Assembly (NCBI GenBank): GCA_951406725.2
Contig: OX597819.1
Span: 42,346,001-42,410,000 of the forward strand
Source of the DNA: Octopus vulgaris
Lineage: Eukaryota
Direction: 5' to 3'
DNA: 64,000 nucleotides
Under the pieces are notes generated by a model, which made no database searches, was not told the DNA's origin, and worked only from the letters and a program-made list of their open reading frames with translations. The position numbers and the translations under genes are program-made. Positions 39,435 to 53,763 of the stretch are shown one piece after another. Positions within the stretch are counted from its first letter, which is position 1, and every line of letters starts with the position of its first letter.

Positions 39435-39435
<1 letters not shown>
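37549..39435 (+). mobile_element. Composite Helitron unit 2 (HB long form 38799-39435)
   Basis: Same order of modules as unit 1; ends cccgagcaacgccgggcgatactgCTAG|T. Confidence 0.8.
38190..38780 (+). pseudogene. Mariner 5' fragment inside unit 2
   Basis: ORF 38355-38663 MLEVTKEHILHILLYEF...; WVPHEL motif; nearly identical to 36541-36890. Confidence 0.85.
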
Positions 39436-39492
<57 letters not shown>

Positions 39493-39589
39493 ATATATAT
39501 ATACACATATATATATATTAATAAATAAAACATATGCATATATATAAACATATATGTACATACCTACCTCTACATGTACATATACACGC

Positions 39590-39884
39590 ATATATGAGTA
39601 CAGGATACCAAAAAGACGTCGAACACAATCAGAAACGAAAACATAGACACAAATCCAAGGAACTGGACATTTTTTTAAACAACAAAAAAATAGAGTACAG
39701 GACAATTAACACAAAGAAAAAAAACCTTCTTCAGTCGCTATGGTTTCATCTACTCTACGTTTCGAAGGTGAAAGCGAGACGTATCTTCGACAAGAAACTT
39801 TCCTTCCTGCGAAAAGCAAATCAATTAAAATTTTGAGATCTTTTCGCAGAGGGGTAAAAAATGGTAACAAAAACAGGACAGTAA

Positions 39885-39890
<6 letters not shown>
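39590..39890 (-). mobile_element. Short PLE-type terminus in (TA)n, related to 54355-54795
   Basis: Shared cgaaa...gtagat...actga.gaagg...tcctgtac.c layout; (TA)n flanks. Confidence 0.45.
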
Positions 39891-39957
<67 letters not shown>

Positions 39958-39964
39958 TATATAC

Positions 39965-39995
<31 letters not shown>

Positions 39996-40193
39996 CATAT
40001 ATATATTTACTTAAAATGGTACCAAAATTTGGCTTGCCAGGGTGCTAGTAGCGCGAAGGCCAGTCCTTCGTTGTAAATGACGGTGATACTGATGATGTAG
40101 TTCTTGCTTAGCTCCAGGTTAAGTTATTATTCAGACCTACGATCATAAGATTGTCCAACCGTGGCCATCTGGTCTCCTTTGTATTTTTTTGCT

Positions 40194-40259
<66 letters not shown>

Positions 40260-40499
40260 TTTTTGTTGTTGGTGGTGGTGGTGGTTGTTGAGGGATGAGA
40301 CTGGTGCCTGTGTCAGGGATGGTGGTGGTGGTAGTGGTGGTTGTGTTATTGTGGTTGGTGTCGGTGTCACGTAGATGGTTGTGCCAACGACGTTGTTTGC
40401 TGGAAATCTTTCGTAATTCAATTACGTGTTGATCTATTTCGCTGTTGTGGATGTCGATAGTGTGTGTGCTGTTTTAATAGTGTTCTATACTACCATCAA

Positions 40500-41870
<1,371 letters not shown>

Positions 41871-42202
41871 TTGTTGTTGTTATTGCCATCATAATCCCCA
41901 TGGTTCTTCTTTCTCTTCTTCCTCCTCCCTCTCCTCCTCCTCCTCCCCTTATCATCATCATCATCGTCGTTGTCATCGTCGTAATCTTTTTCAGCCTCTT
42001 CACTGCTACGACGTAACAGAGCTATCATGAAGTTCTAACAACAACAGCAACAACAACAACAAGGTGAAGAAACAGCAATATAATATCAATAATGGGTACA
42101 CCTAAAAGTTTAGAAGTACATCACCAATGACATACATACACACGTACATATGTATATACATATATACACATATCTATACATATATATATATATATATATA
42201 TG

Positions 42203-42241
<39 letters not shown>

Positions 42242-42272
42242 TTTTACACATATATGTACATACACGCATATA

Positions 42273-42318
<46 letters not shown>

Positions 42319-42370
42319 GTTGTGTATGGATATCTATATGTATATACGTAGCCATATATCTATATATATT

Positions 42371-42404
<34 letters not shown>

Positions 42405-42555
42405 TACGTATTTATATATTTTATGTGTGTATTCATTTATGAACTGGAAGCTGAAGTTTTCTGAATCATAAATAATTCAACAAAGGAATAGTTCTTTGCC
42501 AGAGGTTGCCGGCCTTGTGCCAAAATTAGAAACCGATATTAATTATGCATGACCA

Positions 42556-42775
42556 AGGCGGCGAGCTGGCAGATTCGTTAGCATGCTAAGAAAAATGCTT
42601 AACAGTATTTCGTCCGTCTTTACGTTCTGAGTTCAAAACCCATCTAAGTCAACTTTACCTTTCATCCTTCCAAGGTCGATAAAATAAGTACCAGTTGAGC
42701 TCTGAGATCGATGTGATCGACTTACCCCCTTCCTCGAAATTGCTGGCCTTGCGCTAAAATTTGAAAGCAATATTA
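42556..42775 (+). mobile_element. SINE family C, full length
   Basis: ggcggcgagctggcaga..cgttagc head, gagttcaaa B box, ttcatcctt...ggtcgataaaataagtaccag. Confidence 0.82.
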
Positions 42776-43139
42776 CTTTTGTATGATAGAAGTGTTTTGC
42801 TATTTTACGATAATTTTACCGCCCGAGAATGTTTGATGTGGTCATTGGATCGTATGATTTTAATGAGGCTTATAGATTAATAATATTGTACATCGTAGAC
42901 TTACACTGGAATTGATTCTTGTCTTCAGAGTTTGGCCTCTACCACGTTAAAGCATAAATAGTCACTAGATGGATTCTGTTACGAAGAAAGCTGTCAACAC
43001 ATTCAAAGGCATTAAAAAAATCGCGCATAAGCGTAATTAATTTTGTAGATATAAATTTAGTGTTTGAGTTTACAATAAATCTAACGGGTAATTCCTTTAT
43101 ACTGACATCATCCCCTAGCATTTCCCAATAATACTTTAA

Positions 43140-43400
43140 AATTTGGTCAACAATATTTGTAAGCGTATATCCAGCTCATTCATTCACTGACAATAATTCC
43201 TTCACTCATGCTGCTTATAAATACAATAACGCATTAAAAGACTACCTAAAATTTAGAATACATTACATACAAAATAACGCTAATATTCGTAAACACAGAA
43301 ATAAGACACAAAATACTATATGGTATAATCTTTCCTGTAGTTTCAATGTGCAATCCAATATTTCTAGGTTGTTCTGAACATATAACAGTTAAAGCGCAAC
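43140..43400 (+). pseudogene. PLE RT-thumb/linker remnant
   Basis: Reads NNICKRISS...FTHAAYKYNNAL...RNKTQNTIWYN.SCSFNVQSNISRLF (R..IIWFNPP.S.NV.TNIG motif). Confidence 0.55.
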
Positions 43401-43685
43401 GGTACCCGCACATACGTATTAAATTAAATAATATTAGTTGACGATATTACAATTTTATATAGAAGTGTACAGAAAAATTTAAATAGCTGAAAAGTACAAA
43501 CCAAAAATCAACACCCAACTCCATCATTCGTAAAATAAACAAATTTCAAAACGATAATGGACAAATATATTTAGGGACGCTGTCGTTCCGAATATAACAA
43601 AAAGGATTAAATTCGAACAAAATCGTGTTTTTTTATGGAACACACACATCCACCAACCCATCCATCCGTCTATCGATACATACAC

Positions 43686-43733
<48 letters not shown>

Positions 43734-43782
43734 CGTTGCTATTATGCAAAAGTGTCGTAAGTCCGAAATGTTTTTTTTTTCC

Positions 43783-45189
43783 GAAAACGAAAAAATAGTT
43801 TCACCATTCTATAGCAAAACCGTTGTAATATACTTTGACAATTTTTTGATATCTTGGCATTTGAAGAAGTTGGAGATACGATAGTTTGACTACAAGAAAC
43901 AGCTACTACGAGCAAAAATAAATATTCAATAAAGAACGATTGAAAAAAAAATTGCATTTGGACAAATTTGGACATACGACACTTTAACATAATAGCAATG
44001 ATATATATAGATATATAGTTATATATACATACACAACGCATTCGTCGTATATGAATGAATATAATTATTTCAGCGTAATATGTACACACGGACGCAATGT
44101 ACCAGGAACAGCAAAAGTGTACAGAGACACAGGATAACAGAAATACATATGAATGCATTGTGAAAGAAAACACCAAGAGAGAAACGTGGTTAACGAGGAC
44201 GAGTGAAAAAAAAGACTGTTCGCTGAATATATCTTTCAAGTGTTATACTTAAGTGATACGAAGGGGAGGCCAGGATGACAGATTGTTGATAAAAACAATA
44301 CATTTTTTGAGAGAAAAAAAGATAACGAATAAAGGAATAATAGAATGTTTGTTTTCTTTTTAAATACAATGAAAGCCCTCAAGGTTCGGAAACAATGAAT
44401 TATCGTTGAAGTAACCTAAAAAATATAATTTCTTTTTATCATTATTATTTTGTCTTTGTTCCGTGAAGCCGCATGGCCTGGTAGTTAGAGCGTCGGGCTC
44501 ACAAATCTTGAGGTGGTGAGTTCGATTCCCGGAACGGGCTGTGTGATGTGTTATTGAGCAAGACATTTTATTTCACGTTGCTCCAGTTCAGTCAGCTGTA
44601 GAAATGGATTGTGACGTCAGTGGTGCCAGGCTGCATCGGCCCATTTGCTTTTCCTTTGGATAACATCGGTGACGTGGAGAGGGGAGGCTGGTATGCATGG
44701 GCGACAGCTGGTCTTTCATAAATAACCTTGGAGGGGAACTTTCTAGGTGCAATTCCATGGTCAGTTATAACCGAAGTAGATCTTTACTCTTACGCTTTTT
44801 GCTCCAATCAAGGCTTGAGGCCACTGCAGAGTAAGGGACTAGAAAAAAGAGTATAAAAGAGCCTTTTATATTTATACACACCATTGTGTGTATAAATTCC
44901 ATATTTTATTGCGGCCGATCCGCTGATTAGCGCAACCAATTCACAATACGTTAAAATAGTGAGGGAGCTCTATCCCAAGTCTGTCCTCTTCTTGTGTCTG
45001 ATGCTGCAGAGGAGATAACTACTCAGAACTGTTCTTTTTTTTTTCAGAAAACGAAAAAATAGTTTCACCATTCTATAGCAAAACTGTTGTGCTACACTTT
45101 GACAATTTTTTGATATCTTGGCATTTGAAGAAGTTGGAGATACGATAGTTTGACTACAAGAAACAGCTACTACGAGCAAAAACAAATAT
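43783..45189 (+). repeat. About 145-bp direct repeats (43783-43927 and 45046-45189)
   Basis: gaaaacgaaaaaatagtttcaccattctatagc...gctactacgagcaaaaa present twice, nearly identical. Confidence 0.85.
44463..44790 (+). mobile_element. SINE family B, full length
   Basis: Paralog of 15846-16110 with A and B boxes and the 3' tail. Confidence 0.85.
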
Positions 45190-45227
45190 CAGTCTGGCCA
45201 GGAAGTGCTTCGAACTGACTTTCTATG

Positions 45228-46193
45228 CAGAGGTGGGCACCGTTAATAGAAAAGTTAACATCGTTAATCTTTAATCCGTTAATCAAAAAGTTACTAAAAT
45301 GATCTCAGATGGCAACTGACAAAAATTTTGTCACTTTTCAAGATGAGATACGTTAATTTGAATTAATTAAAATACAAGTATAATCGGTACAAGAGTTTAT
45401 TCTGTATTCTTTCAGTAAATATTTCGTACCTCGATTTGGAATAATTTTTTCCAGTTTTTTCGTGTGGATTCGCCGTACCTGACCTCCAAACCCGCCACAA
45501 GCCACTTTTTTTCCGGAAAAGAACTGTGGGAGGGGTGGTGAGGACCACGAAGTTTCCCATCAAGGGAATTTTGTTTCGTGGGTCTATTTTATTTTTATTT
45601 CATTTTGCATGCTTTCAACGAATATGACACGGCTCATTTTTCCAGGAAAGGAAATACTTGCCCTTTTACCACGTAACAGCTATTTGCGCTCACACCGAAA
45701 TATTTGCGTTCACACCGAAATATTTACCAACTTTTTTCTTTCCATTTATTTTTTCCGCTTAATAGAAGTCAGTATTTTCTCTATTGATATCCACTTCAGC
45801 GAGGTCACAGAACAAGTGGAAACACATCAAACACTGTTCCCTCTTGACAGGGGAAAGAAATTTCCCGCTGTCTTAGCAAGCAACAAGGAAGTAGATTTGG
45901 TTTCAAATCCAGGCAGGGACAAACGAGGTCCTACAAATTATTTATAATAATAAGTGGCGTTATATCGAGGTTGAAAGAAAGCCGCGTACAATATTAAATA
46001 TGCTCAGACAATCTGAAGATACTAGAAACTTTTAAACTTTTACTGGTTATTATGCAATTTTGGGGTTAACGGATTTGAGTTAACGGAAGTTAATTAGTCT
46101 AATAATGATTTTCAAAGTTAACTTAAATATAAAATCGTTAACGAATATGTTAACTTCGTTAATTAACGATTAACGGACTTACGCCCAGCTCTG
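45228..46193. mobile_element. Non-autonomous hAT-like DNA transposon
   Basis: TIRs CAGAGGTGGGC / GCCCAGCTCTG, clustered subterminal CGTTAA/TTAACG repeats, possible decayed 8-bp TSD (tttctatg / ctgctgtg). Confidence 0.7.
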
Positions 46194-46357
46194 CTGCTGT
46201 GTTTACTTCTATTTGTCTACAGCGAGAAATTTTCTCCGTGACACTGAGTAATTTTCACGAGCAAGACATGTCATCAGCAAAGTCCAGGCCTCTTAGTCTT
46301 GTCTATTGTTTACATGGTATTCCTCCAGCAAGTATACTATTTACTCTTTTACACTTA

Positions 46358-46731
46358 TACTTGTTTCAGTAATTTGACTGCAGCCATGCTGGAGCACCGC
46401 CTTTAGTCGAGCAAATCGACCCCAGGACTTATTCTTTGTATGCCTGGTACTTATTCTATCGGTCTCCTTTGCCGAACCGCTAAGTTACGGGGACGTAAAC
46501 ACACCAGCATTGGTTGTCAAGCGATGTTGGGGGGGGAGACAAACACAGACACATATATATATTCACATATATACGACGGGCTTCTTTCAGTTTCCGTCTA
46601 CTAAATCCACTCACAAGGTTTTGGTCGGCCCGAGGCTATAATAGAAGACACATGCCCAAGATGCCATGCAGTAGGAGTGAACTCGGAACCATGTGGTTGG
46701 TAAGCGAGCTACTTACCACACAGCCACTCCT
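46358..46731 (-). mobile_element. SINE family A
   Basis: Reverse-complement match to 1026-1465. Confidence 0.9.
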
Positions 46732-46821
46732 AAAAGTTCCTCTCAGATTAATATGACTTCAAATTTCGTGGACAATTAGACACGTCTATCTCATCAAGTG
46801 CTAGGAGTATGTGTGTGCCTG

Positions 46822-46848
<27 letters not shown>

Positions 46849-46853
<5 letters not shown>

Positions 46854-47000
46854 GAAAATAGTAAAAAGTGAAAAAACTACAGAAGGCTTGTTTTAAAAGG
46901 TTAAAAAATATATATTTGAGTCAATATGTCTGTAGTTTTTTCACTTTTTACTATTTTCTATATATTCAACCACGTGCTTTCACACACCAACTTTCTCACC
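46849..47000. mobile_element. Small foldback-plus-tail insertion in (TA)n
   Basis: tagaaaatagtaaaaagtgaaaaaactacaga / tctgtagttttttcactttttactattttcta inverted, followed by a tail of about 35 bp. Confidence 0.6.
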
Positions 47001-47119
47001 TATATATATATATATATATATATGTAGGTCCCGGGTTGAGTCGGGGTTAACCACAGTAAATAAGGTACTCAATACATAGCAGAGTAAAATTAATTTATTT
47101 GAAGCTCCTTCTATATAAT

Positions 47120-47167
<48 letters not shown>

Positions 47168-47231
47168 CACGTACATTCACATATGTATAAATATATATGC
47201 GCGTGTGTGTTTGTGTGTGTGTGTGTGTGTA

Positions 47232-47321
<90 letters not shown>

Positions 47322-47685
47322 GACAAGTGGCTCAGTAGTTAGCCTGCTGAGTTGACGATCACTAAGTCGTGATTTGATTACAGGGCTGGGTACCACGTTG
47401 CTTCAGTCTTCTAAGCAGAAAATGCATGGCTCCACCCCATCCAGCTGTCCCATTCTCGATGTTCTGCTGAGGAAAGAGGTGCACGAATGTCGTCTATGTC
47501 TACTCGCGATTATATAGGCGTTTAAAACAGCGAAAGCGGGGTACCTGCTTGTCGATCATACCTGCTGGAATGTGACGACTATGATCTTGGATAGATATAT
47601 TATTATCGAGTCATCTATCCATCCATCCATATTGCGAGTCGACACGGATACTTTCTAGACCTCTCGCCATTTGACCTTGCGGAAG

Positions 47686-47686
<1 letters not shown>

Positions 47687-47716
<30 letters not shown>

Positions 47717-47964
47717 TGTATGTATGTATGTATGTATGTATGTATGTATGTATGTATGTATGTAGGTATGTATGTGTGTTTGTATGTATGTATGTATGTA
47801 TATATATATATATATGTATGTATGTATGTTTGTATGCATGTATGTATGTATATATGTATATATATATGTATGTATGTATGTATGTTTGTATGTATGTATG
47901 TATGTATGTATGTATGTACGTATGTATGTATGTATGTATGTGTGTTTGTATGTATGTATATATA

Positions 47965-47999
<35 letters not shown>

Positions 48000-48170
48000 T
48001 TGTATGTATGTATGTATGTATGTATGTATATATGTATGTATGTATGTATGTATGTTTGTATGTATGTATGTATGTATTATGCATGTATGTATGTATGTAT
48101 GTATGTATGTATTATGCATGTATGTATGTATGTATGTATGTATGTATGTATGTATGTATTATGCATGTAT
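47687..48170. repeat. (TATG)n microsatellite
   Basis: Directly visible. Confidence 0.95.
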
Positions 48171-48194
48171 GTGTTCTCATACATATAGTTGCGT

Positions 48195-48498
48195 ATCTAG
48201 ACATGCTCATTTATTCTTAAATGATAAACCTCTGGAAAGTTTTACAGTTCCAGCGATGGATTGGATCTGTAGTCTTGGAATTGGAATTAGCTATCTCCTT
48301 TCTGGTTTTGAGAAGCGTAATTTCTCAATATTGCTATTTAAGCAGTGTGTTACATATCCCAGGGCCCCAGTAATTACAGGTATAAACCTGAACTTGTAAT
48401 CTGGATAGAATAACTGTAGATTTCTCAATAGCTCAATGTAGGTATTCTCTTTTTCACTTATCTTCAGCTTTACGTTAACATCCGCTGGGCAGCTGATT
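48195..48498 (-). pseudogene. 5'-truncated R4/Dong-like LINE fragment embedded in (CATA)n
   Basis: Minus strand reads ISCPADVNVKLKISEKENTYIELLRNLQLFYPDYKFRFIPVITGALGYV, homologous to 22481-22720. Confidence 0.82.
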
Positions 48499-48589
48499 GT
48501 ATGTATGTTTGTATGTATGTATGTATGTATGTATGTATGTATGTATGTATGTATGTATGTATGTATGTATGTATGTATGCGCCTTCGCT

Positions 48590-49040
48590 TTCATTCGGTC
48601 CAGGATAGTTTAATCCTACCGTCTCTCCATTGTCTTGGAGATCTTGTGAGTTTTTTTTTCCTTCGATCTCTCTTTTACCACTCAACAACTTCACGGTTTC
48701 ACCTGCTGTGTCTCATCCATGCAGCATGTCCGGTCCACCAAAAGTTGTTCTGTCGTGAGCATATCGCTCTTCTGCAATCATATCGCTCACTTCATTGCAT
48801 TCTCTAACTCGTTTCAGATACGCTCCCCACGTAATATTCCCAGCAAGGATCTACCCAAGGACTTGTGACGTAGCCAACTACTGTCCTTCCTTCTTCGTAG
48901 TAGTCCGCATCTCGCTGCGTAAATGAGCGCAAGTGAGACGATGCTGTTGAATTGTAAAAAAATCTCACCATTCTCTCTTTATCCGTATCCTTGCTGCTAG
49001 ACTTTCGCTGATCTTGAGTTTCGTAGAAATAATGACATGC
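48590..49040 (-). pseudogene. RTE-clade LINE C-terminal remnant
   Basis: Frameshifted GRSLLGILRGERI*NE ... WWTGHAA ... VVEW ... PRQWRD. Confidence 0.6.
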
Positions 49041-49371
49041 CATTTAGTTAGTTAACCGAATTAAAAAAAAACTTTCTTTATCTGTGTATTTCATGGAAAC
49101 ATTAACAAGTCGTTAAGATAGCTGGGTACCGGACAAAAACGTACACAAGTTTCATTAACTGTGCATATACAAATTAGAAATAGCTTTTTTTTTTGTATGT
49201 ATATGGTATTATTAATTATTAATAATTATGGTATTATTAATGAAATGATGAAGAAAAAAATTTATTCGGAATTTGATCATTTTCGATAAAAATTCACTGC
49301 ATGTCATAAACTAAAAAAAAAATGATTTATCACCCATGGAATTTTGGACAATCCACGTGTACGCACGTGTA

Positions 49372-49460
<89 letters not shown>

Positions 49461-50620
49461 GTAGGGGATCTTTTCATTTTGAAAGCCAGATTTTTCAGAT
49501 TTTTCTAGTTAACTAAATAATTTGAAACTTCGTATACTGGTAGAATGTGTCAAAAGAAAACAATAATTTCAACTAGTTTTTTTGACAAAAATGTATTTTA
49601 TAAGTTTAAACGTAGTTTAAATCTGCGAATTTTAACCAATCGTATTCTCTGTTTTGAGTTGAAATTATTTGCTCCGTCTAAACATATTGTTACTGTGACG
49701 TAAACAGCTGTTTTGTGACGTAGTTAACGTAAACAGCTAAATTCTTTTTGAAATTAGTGTTTAAATTATTTTCCATTGTTTGCATTGCTTTATAGAATTT
49801 GAAAGTTATTCGTTTTGTATAAAATTATTATTCGTTTCGTCTTTAATAAATATATATGTGCACAACAAACGTGCCTACACACGTACTGTTTACTTTGGAT
49901 GAATAATAAACACATATTCAGTGTTTTTGTATAGGCTTCGGGTGTTGTCTCTATACAATGTATATATTTACTATAAACTTGTGCACACGCTTTGATTCTT
50001 CAGTTTGACACACGCCTTGAACCGGTTATTTGGCTTGTATGCACCCACATACACACACGTACCCATCCATATGCATACTCGCACATAATCAGGGCCCCTC
50101 TGCGTTTTCGCACGTCGATGTGCTAGGAATAACACCCAAATCCCCTTAAAACCATATACTACTGGGTTAAAGGAAGGGTACATTGGCTAATATAATCATA
50201 GATGCTATATCTGAAAAAAAGGGGGGAGGCGCAAAAATATGGGTTGGTCATAGTTGGAACCCTTTGATCCTCAACCGGGCTTATCAGGATGACCTGAGTT
50301 AAATAGCAATAACAATATATTTGTAATATTGATTATAGACACAAAGCATATATTTTGGGGTGAGTGGAGGGTATAATCATTTATATCGATCTCCAATACT
50401 TGATCGATGTATTTTCTCGACCGTGGAAGAACAGACGGCTTGTTTTGAATTCCGGTGAGGGTTGAAACCCGAACGTATAGGACCGTATCCCTAAACATTC
50501 TAACAGTCCTTTACCAAGCCCTTGTCAGCATAGGTATCCACACACACGCACATATATACATTATATATGTATATATTTATGTAGATATATATGTTTGTAT
50601 GTATGTATTTATATATGTAT

Positions 50621-51666
50621 TGTTACGGTTGGCTAAGTGCATTTCTGGTGACCCACTTAGGAATTATGGCACCATCATGTCTGGTGAAAATGTGACAGTC
50701 TTTTGTCTAATGGAGGACTGATGGGTTTTGGAAGGACCTGTGACCTCGTGCGGTTGAGAAAAGGGTCAGGAGAATGTGAGAGAGGAGGACAGATTAAGGG
50801 CTGAGAGCAAATAGAGATAGAGTATAAGGGAATCTAAGGGACAGTTAGAGAGGGTATGAGCGGTACAGAGGGAGATGAGGGAGTGGAAGAAGCACAGAGA
50901 CGAAGTGAGGTCTTGGCAGTCGTTGAGCGGTCGTCGAGGAGCACAGACGGATCTTGGAGTCGCTGGCCGGTCCTCGAAGAAGACAGTCGGATCCCGGAAG
51001 TCAGAGCGAGTAGATGGAATCTTAGAAGCGTTGGAATCTTAGCGAGCAAGCTGGGATGCGAGAAAGCTTGGCGGCACAGAAGGGATATGTACAGAGGATT
51101 TAGCAGTATTGAGAGGAATGGGACACTGGCGATTCAATTAGGAATTGAGGTATGTGTTTGTGCATTGATACGTGTCACGATGTATTGAACAGTGGAAAGA
51201 ACAGTCAAGGACTTGTCGATATGTCGATTATCGAGTTGTGGTATTTATGTTCAGAATTGAGTAAAGGACTTGTTGATGTGACTTTATCTGTGATGTTTAG
51301 AAAGAGACTTTAAAGAACTGTTGTCTTCAGACGTGAACTTTGAACTGTACTCTTAAATTGCTGTTGTATTATGCTTTGATCTGTTGTATGATGTATTGAG
51401 TAGTCACGTGCATGTCTTCCTTTAAATGTCTGCCTTAAATGTATTTGATGTGTAGCAATTGATTGTCATATAAACTGTTGTTTGAATATAAGCCAGTGTC
51501 TCTGTTGCCTTGCCTCTCTTTGGGTTGTATCTCGGGTTGTGCCTCTGTATCTCTGTGCTGAGGTTCTGGTTGCGGTTGTATCTCTCTCCTCTCCTCCTCT
51601 TTGGGTTCCGTGGCGAACTTGTGGGCCGTTCGGGCGAGCGACGACGGGTGATTCCGTTTCGTAACA
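50621..51666 (+). mobile_element. Solo LTR (probably Gypsy), 1046 bp
   Basis: TGTTACG...CGTAACA inverted termini, 4-bp TSD GTAT on both sides, TATA-like gtataa at about 50822; strand is tentative. Confidence 0.82.
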
Positions 51667-51989
51667 GTATGTATATATATATTTTATATAAATTGTATAA
51701 GGGTATGTGTTAATGTATATATACATGCTGTTATGCTCCCATTTACTCTCTCTTCTCCCCATACACGTACTCACCTATACTAGATTATACACACACGTAC
51801 ACACAGAGTCAATGATGTAAGTTTGAATACGATAAACCAGATAAAAACTTCTTTCAGCAGATAAACACAATCTTCTCAGAGATATCAAAAACGAGTGTTA
51901 GCAACTATGGCTGACACACATACAATTGACATCGTACAGGGACAATACGTGGCGGCTATAGTTGTAAACATATACAACCAACGCTACCG

Positions 51990-52580
51990 CCCCACCACTA
52001 CCACCACCACTACCACAACCACCACCACCAACAACACCACCACCACCACCACTACTACCACTACCATTACCAACATCACTACCACCTCCGCCACCAAAAT
52101 CACCATCACTACCATCAGGCACAACCACGATCAAAATCATTACCACCACCACCACCACCACCTCCACCACCACCACCACAACCACCACCACCACCACCAC
52201 CACCACCACCACCACCACCACAACCACCACCAACATCACCACCAACATCACCACCAACAATACCACCACCACAACCACATCCACCATCGCCAATACCACT
52301 ATCCACTACCCCGCCTCCACCATCACAATGATCACTATTGACACCACCACCACCACAGCTATTTCTAACACCACAAATACGACAGCAAAACCATGATTAC
52401 CACTATACCCCATTAATCTTGCTCCATCAGACACCGCACACCATACCATCAATCCCCCCCCCCCCCCGCTAGCACCGCCCACCACCACCACCACCACCAC
52501 CACAAGCCATCACTACAACAACTACTACCAGAACCACCACAACCGAACCACCAGCACCACTACCATCATCATCATCATCG
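51990..52580. repeat. (CAC)n-rich low-complexity tract
   Basis: Directly visible. Confidence 0.9.
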
Positions 52581-52627
52581 TCGTCATCACGTTGACTCTA
52601 CATACATCAATCCAGTGAGAGCAGGAG

Positions 52628-52679
<52 letters not shown>

Positions 52680-52987
52680 AAGAGAGAGAGAAAGAGAGAG
52701 AGAGCGAGAGCGACAGACAGTGACAGCGAATGAGAGAGAATGAGAAATAGGGGCTCGTTCGTTCTAAAGCCTTTTATCTGTGTAGCAAGGGTGTTTATAT
52801 ACATATATATATCTTGTGTTTATACATCCGTCTTGTATATGAACTATCATCGGAGTAAATAAAGATTGTCCAATGTTTATTTAGCCAGATTTAGATCACC
52901 AGAACTCTTAACAAGAAAATATCTAGTTTCTTCTCAAGAAGTATCACCAGAAAATTCACTGTTAATACTTCGTATTTCAGTCAGGGT

Positions 52988-53055
<68 letters not shown>

Positions 53056-53316
53056 TGTATGTATGTATGTATGTATGTATGTATGTATGTATGTACGTAG
53101 ATATATATATATCTATATATGTATATATGTTTGTATATATATGTATATATATGTACACAATACATACGCATATGCACACGCATATATGTATGGATGTTTT
53201 GAAATTTTTCCTTTTTATAAAACCAAAACAGTGCAAGAAAGAATATCATATAAGTTGATGGTTTGTACTTTTATCTTGTATTTCAATATTTCAGAGCTAA
53301 GACAATGCTTTGTGCA

Positions 53317-53364
<48 letters not shown>

Positions 53365-53727
53365 ATAAATTAGAGAAAAACCACTATTATGTAATTCAAA
53401 CAATGATAGACATAAACCAAATCATAAATAAAATATATTATAAAACATATTTCTAGATCACAAAATGTACAAAAATGAATAAACAATGAATAAACAGTAT
53501 ATTACTTATATATTGTTTATTCATTTTTTTGTACTTTTTGTGATCTAGTTATATGTTTTTATAATATATTTTCTTTTTTCTTTATGATTTGGTTTATGTC
53601 TATCATTGTTTGAATTACATAATAGTGGTTTTTCCATAATTTATATATATTATATATTTATATTGTGAAATTAGATTTAATACTAAATTGAATTTTTCCT
53701 TGCAAGTTTGGAGTTATACTCCCTAAC

Positions 53728-53730
<3 letters not shown>
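53365..53730. mobile_element. Foldback PLE-type terminus (relative of 7961-9788)
   Basis: Inverted arms about 53367-53500 and 53510-53642, tail ending ...ccctaacatta followed by (TA)n. Confidence 0.72.

Positions 53731-53754
<24 letters not shown>

Positions 53755-53763
<9 letters not shown>

Noticed and set aside
39725-39790. Permuted (type II) hammerhead, GAAA...CUGAAGA, also at about 54640-54685
   Set aside because: Stem I and stem II pairing could not be built convincingly
40199-40258. About 60-nt poly(T) as the tail of a processed pseudogene
   Set aside because: No adjacent recognisable retrocopy or TSD; the length may be a sequencing artefact
48804-49043. 79-aa ATG-initiated ORF as a host gene
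   Set aside because: Other frames show RTE LINE motifs, so it is retroelement debris
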